This document shows positions 39,116 through 50,500 of a stretch of 64,000 bases of DNA, piece after piece; the first letter of the stretch is position 1, and each line of letters begins with the position of its first letter. The position numbers and the translations under genes were made by a program. A model generated the notes under the pieces. The model was not told where the DNA came from, did not search any database, and saw nothing but the letters and a program-made list of their open reading frames with translations. The DNA is taken from assembly GCA_050230475.1 (NCBI GenBank), contig JBFLGF010000040.1, forward strand, positions 1 to 64,000, read 5' to 3'. This DNA comes from Ancylonema sp. (taxonomy: Eukaryota).

Positions 39116-41644
39116 ACGAAATCTCAGGTGTAACCTTTATAGGAACATCAGGTGGGCAATAGGTCCTCACAGGGGATAGAGACGGAGCTCAATGTAAGCG
39201 AACCATTGGTAACTATATGAAAATTTATGACGGGGAGTAGTCAATGCAGTCGAGAAATGTATTTTGCAAGAGCACTTCCAAATTACAAAGATTGGTGTAA
39301 GGCAGCTTCCAAGTGAACGGGTCACCCGAGGGGAGAATGATAAATCACGGGGTGAAGTTGATAGCCTCTCTAGTGTTAAGAGGTTGGGGAGAGTGCAACC
39401 CGAAGGTGGTACACAGTGTAAGATTTTTACCGGATAGAAGAGTCTGAAAAAGGCAGTTTGTAAAACCGGCCTCACAGCTGCAAAAACACTCCGTGGAGTG
39501 GTCACACAAGTTAGCAAGGTTTGACCCTCGTTGGTCTGCAAGTTACGGACTTTGTATACCGCTTGCGCAATCCCACCGAGCTGGCAAGTCTCAAGGTTAC
39601 GGCTATGAGGCACGACTTGTCCTTAGGACTGCCGAACTTGCTGATCCGATCAGACACGTTTTTGTTTGGTGTGTAATAGTGTTTGACCGCTGAAGGGTCG
39701 TACTGGGGACAAATTTTGGTTGACCCGCAATATGATCCTTCTCTGTAGTGTAATAAGTTGGGGTGTCGCTATGGTCGTGACAACAGTAAAACGTAGTTTG
39801 TCAGCTGCCAGATGCAAAAATCGATATATAATGATGCGGGTGGGCACACAAGTGTATAGGGTATGATGTAGATCTAAACAATCCCAACAACAACAAAGAC
39901 TGTTGGCTGTCTAAGATGCCAGATGTAGATCAACACACAGCTTTAAAATTAAAAAAAAAACTGAATCCAAGCACTATGACAAGTTCACAGATTACAGATT
40001 TCACAGATTCCTGCAGAAATTACAGAGCTTTCAACCTGGCAATTCTACACGAAACGGTTCTTCACATAAATCACAAAATTTTGTAAAACGACACGCAGAT
40101 CGAAACAAAGTTCACATAAAAATGCGCACGAACAATTTTTTTACCTCTAGCTGCAGTAGCGCGCAGCGCTGAAAGCACACAAGATTGATGGCAGTTTTTT
40201 TTTTTTATAGCAATTTCAGCTATTTACCTTGAATTCAAACGTCGACGCAAAACTTCTAATCGCCTGGTAAGTGTAGAATCTTCGGAAAGTTGACGGCCAG
40301 AGGCCCTTTCGCTAAATCTAAGGAGTCTGGCACGCTTGAATCGCGGCAGTGATAGTAAACGATCACCGAAACGTTGGCAGGAACGATAACTTGACTCGTT
40401 ACTCTTTCGCTGCGGGCAAGCAGACAATGCTATCGACACTCAAAAGATTATAAAAGAGTGTGAAGCAATACAATAACTAAGTAAGAACACTATAGCTATC
40501 GGTCGGCGATCAACTATTTATGTGTAAGTCTTAATTACTTGTAATTTGCAGCAGAAGACTTTGAGTCTGCAAACTCAACTTGGCTCTGACTTGCGTCGTG
40601 TAAATGAGAACAAAGGATAATTCGTGAATGTGAAGTAAACAGACTAAAACACGATGAGCGACAACTCGGATGTGCAAGCAGCAATGACAATAATTCACAC
40701 TATGCAAGCAAGGAGATTGCAAGGCAAAGCACAGTAGACAGAGATACATATTACACGAGAGGCAAGATAGGATGCAAGTCTCTTCAGCGTTAGATTCAGC
40801 AAAAGCTGAATTCTGAGTTTGGAATACAAAGGTTTTATTCAAACTCTACAGACGACGCTAGACGCGTGTCGATCTACAATTCAATCCCACAAAATATGTT
40901 TCGCGCGCAAATGTCTTATCTACAATGTCTATCGTCGGATATTCATCGACGATTTACAATTATGACAAGTCATCACAAGTTGATTGCTGACTAGTACAAA
41001 GGTGCCACGTCGGATCGACGGATAGTAAATGCTAAGCAAATATAATTCAAATATTGGGCGGGGGCGCAGGCTGGCAACTGAAGCTCGGGAGCGGGACCGG
41101 CGAGCGTGGCGGCATTTGTAGTGCGGCGTAACTCTTGATTTGGCGCGGCGCAGACGTGATCTATTAGTAGATATTAAGGGTAAAATAGCTCAGACGATCT
41201 CAGACGTCGTGAAATTGATTGATCGAGGGAATTTTTTATTCGTGTATTTTATTTGGATACGTTTTCATCTTTTTGGATACATGTTTTGGAGTCCCTCCGT
41301 GTGGGTGATCGTTGCAAGATGGCGATGTGTAATATTACAACTATTACCTCTCATTTTTATTTATTTATTTCTAACGTTGTGCCTCTTCGTTGCGCCATCA
41401 TTGCAATCTTGAAGAGCGAACCATCATAACGCCATTATAAAAAAAAAAACAAGATTTTTTGCTCAGTCGGACGCTCACTAACATGTGCACTTTCACTATC
41501 TTGTAGTATATCAAATTGATGGACCAAATTTTATGGTAAAAATAAACTTTGCGCGCTGCGACAATTTCACGGTGCTAGGAGTTTCAATAACTTATTCATA
41601 ACTAAATTATTACTTCTATTTTTTATTATAGAAGTAAATGGCTA

Positions 41645-41818
41645 CAGCAAAAACCTGTCAAAAGGAATATTGTCTTAAGGAATAACCTCTTTAAAGGAAT
41701 ACAAAATTCCGGTCCCAAAACCGGATTTGTTGGGAACCGTCCCTGTCGAAGCGAATAACCTGTTTTAAGGAATATTATTTCCCGGTCCCGACAGTATTCC
41801 TTTATACAGGTTTTACTA
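41645..41818. mobile_element. Short Tc1/mariner(pogo)-like MITE
   Basis: TA|CAGCAAAAACCTGTCAAAAGGAATA ... TATTCCTTTATACAGGTTTTACTA|TA: imperfect ~24-bp TIRs flanked by TA. A related internal fragment lies at ~17565-17630. Confidence 0.6.
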
Positions 41819-42069
41819 TACTAGATCGACATGCCAATCACGGGTTCAAAATGGTAAGTTTATCAAATTTCAACATCACTACGAATCGAAATACATGAGA
41901 GCTCAACACACCATTCTAAATCGTGAAAAACTGAGTGTGTACAATACTCGTACGATCGATGCGTACCCACCATTAATATGTGCACTGTTACATTACATTT
42001 AAAGAAAGGCCACGAAATAAATGCGTTTTTTTTTTCAACCGCCGTCCACTCGGTCCAACTATCGTACGC

Positions 42070-42192
42070 TTGGGCGGTTGGGTGGCGGTTGGGTGGCGGT
42101 TGGGCGGTTGTGTGGCGGTTGGCCGGTAGACGGCGGTTGGAGGCGGTTAGCGGTAGGGCAACCGCCAACCGGTGGGGTTCAGGCGGTTGGGG
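42070..42192. repeat. Degenerate (GGCGGTTGGGT)n 11-bp tandem repeat
   Basis: The GGCGGTT core repeats at ~11-bp spacing. Confidence 0.85.
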
Positions 42193-42692
42193 CCCACCCT
42201 ACCAGTCATACGTGCGACGACCGAAAGAACCCTAAAAGATTCATTGAAAAACTTACTATGGTGATCTCTTGCCATAGTCACATGATTGAAGTCGGTGGCG
42301 ATACAGAGTAATTATAATATATTCCACGATAACCACTATACATTATGTAGTCACTGTTGCCAATACACGTTTGGCAAAAATGACTTTAACATATAGTCAT
42401 ACCGTTGGCACGTGTGAACCTCACGAACGTGTGAATACGACAGTTCGCAAATTGTGTACAAAATGAAACATATGCACAACTAGATGCGATCCTCGAATCT
42501 TAAGAGTTCTTCGTTAACATCCTAAACGGGGTGAATCTAATTGAATGTCTTATTTACAGTAATTACTTCCCCTCGTCGTATCGCCAAACGTCCATTTCAC
42601 AAAACTAAAATTATTCTTCTGGTTTTTTTTTTTTGCGTAGCCCTTCAATTTCTTAAACGGTGTATAGCTGGGAGCGGGTCAGGGATTCGAAG

Positions 42693-43609
42693 CATAGTTG
42701 CACGAACTGGCTGTTTTTTTATTTTTGGAACCGGTTCCGAGATGGAACCGTATCGGAACCGTACGAACCGGGTGATTTTTAGGGTTATCCTCCTTCCTGC
42801 AGTAAAATACATTTTCCCTCCCAAAAAATGTATGCGGGGAAAATATATTATTTTAGATCTTCATGTTGGTCACTCCACGTCACTTTCAGACGCTCAAATT
42901 GTTGTATAGATTCATTGGGAAAATATGGCGCGGCCATTGCAAGTTTTAATTCGTTGTCTTTCGCGCCATGGCAGGACGTGGTGCAATGTCATTGGCTGAA
43001 AACAACATTCGGCCTTCCACTTTGACACACACATCCGGCTTTGGAGAAGCAAGGGATGTGAAGGTAGAGGAGAAGATCATTTTTATAAAAAGAAGTGTTA
43101 GAGATTTGAGAGCACGATTTGAAAGCGAAAATGCATGGAAGGTTGGAGATATGGCAAGTGCCATTAGATTACGGGTGAAATCATCTTCTCGCAACATTTT
43201 CACATGGAAGTATAACATGGAAATGGGAATGAGGAAAATGTATATGGAACGGAGATGAGCATAGGATGATCATAAAAACATATGACCATTTCATTTAACT
43301 ATTTGTACATGAATAGAAACACAACTTAAAGGGCAGCGAGCAAAATACCAAAAACCATGAGGGTGTACCGTTTACTCATGCGGAAATTCGTTTTGAGTTT
43401 TTTCACAATAAACATTTATTTCATATTTTGTTTGGATAGAGCATGATGAGTTATACGGAAAATAACTATTTTTCGATTTTTCCCGTGCCATATAACCCCT
43501 TTAAATGAAAAAATCGTAAATCCTCCGGTTCCGAACCACGGCCACTTTTGTCGAAACCGGTTCCATCTAAGATCCGGTCCGGAAACGGTTCGGAGTTCGT
43601 GCAACTATG
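42693..43609. mobile_element. Non-autonomous hAT-like DNA transposon
   Basis: Perfect 16-bp TIR CATAGTTGCACGAACT (42693-42708 / 43594-43609). Flanks ATTCGAAG and ATTCGGAA(G) resemble a degenerate 8-bp TSD. Subterminal AACCG repeats are present. A related TIR starts at ~10254. Confidence 0.75.
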
Positions 43610-44145
43610 ATTCGGAAGTTCGGACTATTATGCAAGTTCAAGGACGTAGTACTGTAAGATCTTGTACAAGCACCAACTCGTGCACTCTGAAGTATATTTT
43701 CTAACCTCTGAAGGCATGAATGAGTTGGGAGTGTATATCAGTAATTCCGAGAGTACAAATATAATCAAGTGCGTAAAACATGACGATTACCGTAACAAGA
43801 AGGTGTATAAGAAAGTGTTTATCCCAAATGACACTCCACCAAAGTATAGAGCAATGAAGGCAAGCACTCTATCTCAAGGGCTTCATAATGTTTTCCAAAA
43901 TAAAAACAGGCACACACACCGCTTTTTCTGCCTCTTGCCAATACCCAATTGTCAAAACAATCATCTACAATGCCATTTCTACAATATATCATTCCTACAC
44001 TAAAAAGGGATGGCTATCATGTCAAAACTTTTGTTAATTACACATCCGGACTGCGTAGGTTCAGCCCGGAATCAAGTCCTATGATCAAGATATTTCTAAG
44101 AGATACAAAACGACACCTCTCCATACATTGTCCTTTTACTAGACT

Positions 44146-45018
44146 CTATAAAAATCCATCAAGCCCATCTATGTCGGCCGCACTCACATCCAACATGCCC
44201 TCCATACTAAAATCAAGAAGATCCGCAAACGAGGACGAATCAATCTGTTCTTCCCACTCCTGTCCCACCTCCATCTCTACACTATCTAACCACATCACCT
44301 CCCCCCCTCTCTCCCTTCCCTCCACACCATCCAGGAGACCATAGTCATCAATCCCAGCCTGCTCCCCCCCTTGAGCAGCGATTTCCACAGCAGCACCAGC
44401 ATCGTCCCTCTTCCTCTTCCGAGGTTTGAACTTGAGGTCTGCTGCGTGATTGTGCTCCCCTCCCAGGCTTCCCCTCCCAACCAGACCACCGTCCGCCTTG
44501 GAAACGTCCTCGAAACGCTTCGCCGGACACCCATTCCGAAAGTGTCGACATCGGTAGTAGTGGCGCAGGTATGAGGCTCCAGCCAGCTGGCGCTTCCCAT
44601 ACTTGGCCCACTCCTTATACTCCCCAACGCCTGTCTCAGTCCCAACCCCCTCCCCTGAAATTTCGAGTACAGGAAGAGGTGCAGACAGAGATGCAGGGAG
44701 GGAAAAGTCCTCCTCGACCTGCTCAGACTGAAGGTCTCCCTGGCTAGATGTCGTTGGGAGGCTGTCAATGGGTTTGTTTCCTTTCCCTTGCAGCCGCCGA
44801 GCTGCAAGTCGGCAAGCCTCCAGGTGGGAGATCGCTGCTGACGCCAGGACCTCTACCACTTGAAGCTGGCAGGCAGTCTCTAAAGCCCCAACCCCGAGAC
44901 TGGACGCCTTCTGCTGTAGGTTGGAGAGGATGCTGAGCTGAGCTTGCGCCATCTGGATACACAGTCGCAGATCGCCCCATGCCTCGTCGGACCTCATCTT
45001 TGTGGATGATGTAGACAT
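44146..45018 (-). CDS. Divergent WRKY-domain transcription factor, intronless CDS, 290 aa
   Basis: EWAKYGKRQLAGASYLRHYYRC-RHFRNG-C-PAKR...GEHNH (C-X6-C-X24-H-X-H). NLS-like KPRKRKR and an acidic C-terminus. Confidence 0.88.
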   Translation of the reverse strand: MSTSSTKMRSDEAWGDLRLCIQMAQAQLSILSNLQQKASSLGVGALETACQLQVVEVLASAAISHLEACRLAARRLQGKGNKPIDSLPTTSSQGDLQSEQVEEDFSLPASLSAPLPVLEISGEGVGTETGVGEYKEWAKYGKRQLAGASYLRHYYRCRHFRNGCPAKRFEDVSKADGGLVGRGSLGGEHNHAADLKFKPRKRKRDDAGAAVEIAAQGGEQAGIDDYGLLDGVEGRERGGEVMWLDSVEMEVGQEWEEQIDSSSFADLLDFSMEGMLDVSAADIDGLDGFL

Positions 45019-47503
45019 GACCGAATCGCACAGACTTTGGACGATTTTATCACCTTAGACGTTTCTTATATCGAGAGCTGGTCAGAGCAGAAGATCCACG
45101 AGAGCACGAACAGGTAAGCTGACTTGATTGCACAGTATCTGAAAGCGTACGAAAGCTGGTTGCATGAGAGCTGGTACGCAGTTGATCTTATCTCCTCGAA
45201 AGTTTGTTCACTTGGACGAAGCAGGTACCGGACGCAGGTATCAAAACTAGTTTTCGAATAAACGGAATCACTTGCCGAGGTAGAGGTCTGAGTCGGAGGA
45301 CATGGAAATGTTGTTGGCAGCAAATGTTGACGTTGACTAACGGAAACGGCAGAAGCAGTATGGGAACAAACGCTGGCTCCACCAAAAAAAAGTCGGTAGA
45401 AAAGGCAGGCAGCAGAAAAAGGAAAAGAACTCCTCTCTCCCCTCTCCTCCCCCCCCCATCCTCTCTGCAGGTGCAGGACCACTCCTTCCTGCACCCACTC
45501 AAATACTATCCCATACCCACAGCCCCATCCCCAGCGCAGCCGAGATACCCTCCTCTCATATCAGCCCCAGTCCCCAGTCCCCAGTCCCCCAGTCCCCCAG
45601 TTCCTTGGCACCTCATTGTCACTACGCTTCCGCTAGTGCGGAACCGAACTCTGTGTGCCAAGAATTCCTGTGCTGGTTTGCTGCGAAGTTGCAGGAGGGC
45701 GCAGCCCATGTTGGGTAGAAACTTCCTGCCAACACTGGCTGCGTTTGCTCCCGCTGCTGTTGGACTTGAAGAGCAAGGACCCGCTGCTGATCGGAAGGGG
45801 ACACAGCAATGGAGAAATCAGACAGTAAGAAAAACAATGCACATGGAATGACGAGGGAGAAAGTTGCATGACAGTAGCACCATCAAGCAAAGCTTCGAAG
45901 TAGGTCCAATGCACAGAATGTGGTGAGAGCAGATAGAAACAAAGCCGATTTCGCTGCAGTTCCGCCGTAAGAAACCATTGAGAACTGGCATCCAAGCATA
46001 TGCTACTGTCCAGTTCTGCTCGGGTTTGGCAAAACATTTAGATTATAGGTATAATTTACCTTCTGAAGCTCGTGAAAAGTAGAACAGCTGGGGTCGACGT
46101 CGACTGAAGCTCTTCTCTGTGTCTCGGCTGTGACTAAGGGAGGTCTTAACAGGAAGAGCTCTTCCAGTATGCTGTTTTTCGAGGTCCCATAGACTTCCTC
46201 GACAAGCGAATATGTGCACTTTGTATAGGACGTCATATCCATCCTGGTGGCACAAGATGATGCAGGGGCGTCACTTTTCAATGGCGAAGGAGAACGTCCG
46301 TGGGGAACCTGAATCCAAACAACATGGCAAACTGTTTGTCGCCAAGAGCCTTATTTTCAACCTTGCATACCTGCTGTTACGTCAAAAGCCATCGATGATA
46401 AAGGTTGGCGAAGGAGTTTCTGACATTTGGGAAACGAACTTATGTGGCATGTGGATTAAGCGAAGGCGTTAATGAGTCCAACCACATAATCTTCATCATT
46501 TTCTAATGAACAGAAATCCGTCAGAAAAGCATCGACAGTGTCACTCCAGAGGCATCAGAACACCACTCCCTACTACATGTCATCACAACTAACGGCTGAC
46601 CCTAAACATATCGGATCTAGATATTAATAGAAGCGATACAAGCATAACGGAAAACCTCCCAATGCGCGAGCCTCTAGGTGTTGCAACCACACGTAACTGG
46701 TTGTCAATTGAAAACAGAAGGTTGTAGAACAAGATTTGAAAACAGACAGGGGAATAGATTGGAAAGGTCAACGTAACGATTTTCACTCGCCTTGAAAACC
46801 GCTACAAATTCGCGGCGACTGAAACCATGGGGCGAAACTGCCGTGCATCCTGATGGAACTCCATGGACCCATGCAAAAGCCATAAAAAAACCAGAACGAT
46901 AAATTTCGACAGTGACGCTTCTCTCCTGCGCTGTTGGTACTTTTCCCAAATCGTATCACCAGACACAGATCCTGCAATTTGCAAACCTTCTTCCCGACAT
47001 TTGCTGCATTACGAATCAAGCATTTGGCACAAATATCTGTAGGACTTGCGAGGTAGTAGGCGTGTTGTGTTGAACAACTCTGCCGGCTGTGCTTGTCCGT
47101 ACAGTCCGATTACCCAACAGTCAACAGTCAACAGTCAAGAGTCAAGACCCGCCGTCAAGAGTCTACGCTGGACCCATGTCTCTTCCGATACAAAATGTAC
47201 TTAGTGCCGTACTGGAGGGCACAGCGGCGCAACGGCGCTTGATACTGCCTCCCGAAGCGGCGCAAATCTGAGGGCCGAACGAGGTTCCGGTATAACGAAG
47301 TACTTCGCGGCGAACGTCGGCTTGATGGCTGCTTCCCTGACATCCTCCTCGTCCACGACCAGTATCCTCCACCTTCTCATAAGCGGTCCCATTAAAATTG
47401 ATGACATTACTGCCACATATCGTTTTGTATCCGAAATTCTTCAAACTGATCATTGTTTCTTATGAGTGAAATACAGTAGTATACCCGGGGTGGTTATGCA
47501 AAG

Positions 47504-50500
47504 ATGCTGCAAACGGCGCTGTGGTCAGCCCGCCACTTTTCTGACTTTTCGCAAACTGGAATTTCTGTTGATCCGCACCGTTCAGACGAGGTGCTTAAAT
47601 TACCACCTGCATTTTGGGGCGGTGGGAAAAAAAATGGTGGAGGGCTTGCAGTCTCAAGCCTGAACTTGAACACAAGATTTCGGGTAACGACGCGGTTCAG
47701 CTTGAGAATTCCGGGTGCCCTCAAATTTCCCGCCATTATTTTGTGTCCGGGATCGGCCCATAGCATCCAGGACCATAATAGAGATTTCTGGACCAGACGA
47801 GGCGGGATTCTGGTGGCGCGGTCTTCTGCCGATGAAGCCGAAGAAGAGTCACCTGACGTGGAGTACGATGTCGCTGACTTGGAAGCTGACGAGGATGAGA
47901 TGGAAGTGATAGTGGGCCGATTGCTGGAGGAGGATGAGGAGAGCATGCCAGGAAGGGGAGACACGGATACTGCCAAGGAATGGTTGAAACTGGCCAAAAT
48001 TCTCGGACTGAACCTTACCCCGACGAGGATGATGCTCATCCAGTACGTGCTTGGTGCTTCACCGTCTTTAGGGTTTTTTTTGGTTTTTATATGTGAGGTG
48101 GAGCTGCCCTGTTTTGCCAGTATCAAACCGCAGGAAGGGCGAAACTGAATACTTGCTGTACTGTACGGCACTGTACGGTAATTGGGCACAGACTCCAGTC
48201 CACCCCCCAAACACGTGGCAGTCCCAGTTGAGGTTCCTGTCTTCATGTGTACGTATCCCTTCCGAATAAATTTTCAACCCAGCACTCACAGAGCCTTCAA
48301 CCTGGTCAGAGCGATAACAAAATAAAGGAAATACATGTCGTTACTTCCAGGTGTCGTTATTAGGGTTATATAAAGTGATCAAAATTTAGTGGATGGGGGT
48401 AGGAAAATTACTGCAGGAATTGTCATGGCATGAAGGTTGCCGTTCTATCGAGAGTTGGCACTATTCAAGACGTTTCAAGCCATTCCAAACCCTCACATTC
48501 CTCCCACCCCCTCCCCCTCCCCCCCCAACCCCCAACCCCCAACCCCCAACCCCCAACCCCCAACCCCCAACCCCCAACCCCCAACCTCGAACCCCCAACC
48601 CCAACCCCCAACCCCCAACCCCCAACCTCAAAACCCTAAATCTTAAACCCCAGACACGAGCGTCTGCACCCCAACCGCTACTATGACCCCCGAGCAGAGG
48701 GCATGAGTCTGCAGGAGTGGGACAGGTGGCACCCCTACCTTGAAAGGAACACGTTTGGGACGTCTCCGTTTGCCAACTGGACGCTTGATGTGAGGACCCC
48801 ATTGGCCCGCAGACTCTGACGGCAACCTTGGGTTAGGGTTAGGGTTAGGGTTAGGGTTGGGGTTTGAGGTTTGGGTGGGGCTGGGGGCAGGGCTTGGGGT
48901 TTGGGGGGTGGGAGGAGTGGAGGGGGTGGTTTAGGGTATTGTGGGGGCAGGGGTTTGTTTAGGGTTTGGGAAGGCTCCTGTTTTGCTTAATCATAAAACC
49001 TTTCAATTTAGGTTGTACACCCAGGCCATCCAATCTGAGATTCAAAATCTCATCCGCAATAATATAGCATCACGCTACATTACATATTTGTTCCTCAATA
49101 TTTGTAATAATAAAAGAATCTGTCAAAAAATAGGCGCAAGAACTTGAAGTTTATCATGCTCATTTCTACTACACGCATTCTACTACATCCAAAAAAACTG
49201 TTCTCACAAACTCTTCGCTATTACAAGCAAAAAACCATTTTCCGGGTTTTTATTTTGTTTGTGTCCTACAACCGTAATGTACACAAGGAACATCCTTCAC
49301 AAGAACCTTATCCCCCAGATTTCTCAACCTTTCTCATGTCTTGGTCTGCATGAGTACTGATATAACCAAATCAATCCACGTCCGCAGGAGATCAAGCACC
49401 ACGGCCCCTCTGCGATCAAATTCTGGCTCACTGAGAAGTTCACGGACGCATACATCGACTGGGGCGAGCAGGTGGACGAAGACCAGCTGTTCGCGTTGAC
49501 CAACGCCAGCGGACGGTCGGAAGACACAGAGGCGGACCGGGAGTGGATCGAGCGGTTAACCGAGCGGGGGCGGGACGAGATGCGGTTGAAAAAGGAGTCG
49601 AAGGCAGAGGAGGACAATTTCGAAGTGGAGGAGTTTCTGGGGGCCCTAGAGGGGGGCCGGTTACGGGTCGAGCAGTTTGAGCGGTTTCTCAAGGCGGTGG
49701 ACGAGGGGCGGGTGGGGGTGAGTCAGGTGCGGCGGTTAACCGCCTTTGTGAAGGAGGAGGGCGGGGGGCGGTTGGAGCGGACGGTGGTGGAGGGGCTGGA
49801 GGAGTTGGAGGGGGAGATAAGGAGGAGGGAGGAGGAGGTGACGTTGGGGCAGATGAGGTTTAAGGCGCCCAGGGATTGGCCGCCGCCAGGCTGGCATGTG
49901 GACGCTGCTGACCTGGCGATGGTGCATGGGGGGGGGGAGTGGGAGGATGTGAGGGAGGGGGGAGGGGGGGGGGAGGAGGAGGTGGATTTGCAGGTGAGGG
50001 GGGGTGGTCAGAGGGGGGGGCGGGAGGGGGAGGGGGGGAGTGGATAGAAGGGGGTGGAAGAGGGAGGTGATTTTGCCTGGGGGGGGAGGGAGTAGAAAGA
50101 GGGGGTGGAGAGAATGGGGCTGAAAGGGGGGGGGGTGGGCGGGTCGGAAAAGGTACCCCTTCTATATATATAAAAAATGTTATCAAGATTCCAGAGACCA
50201 CTATCTAGTTCCGACGTAACATGAAACCAAGGGTGGCTGGCAGCGGAAAGAAACAGGGTTTAATAAACTGTACATTCTGAACCCACTAAAACCCCCCCCA
50301 AACCCTCGGGAAAAAAAAAAAACCCAGGGAAAACACCGAAAATCTTAGAGTATCTAAAGCCTCGAATGCTCGTCATTCCCCATTCCCCAGGGCGGCATGG
50401 CCGCCACCAGCGAGGAGTGGTGGCGTCTCCACATGCCTCGCTACTGCGCCTTCCTGGATCAGTACGACCAATGGAGGTACGCCAACAAGGACAGGCTGGA

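Noticed and set aside
34531..39120. Empty-site reconstruction using the paralogous repeat at ~33520 (GTATTTGGACA)
   Set aside because: TGGACA at 39110-39115 can equally be the element's own terminus, so the match does not settle whether a TSD exists.
47494..48246. 250-aa minus-strand ORF
   Set aside because: Antisense shadow of pTAC10 exon 1.
48830..48858. Telomere or chromosome-fusion scar
   Set aside because: Only about five TTAGGG units, inside an intron of an intact gene.
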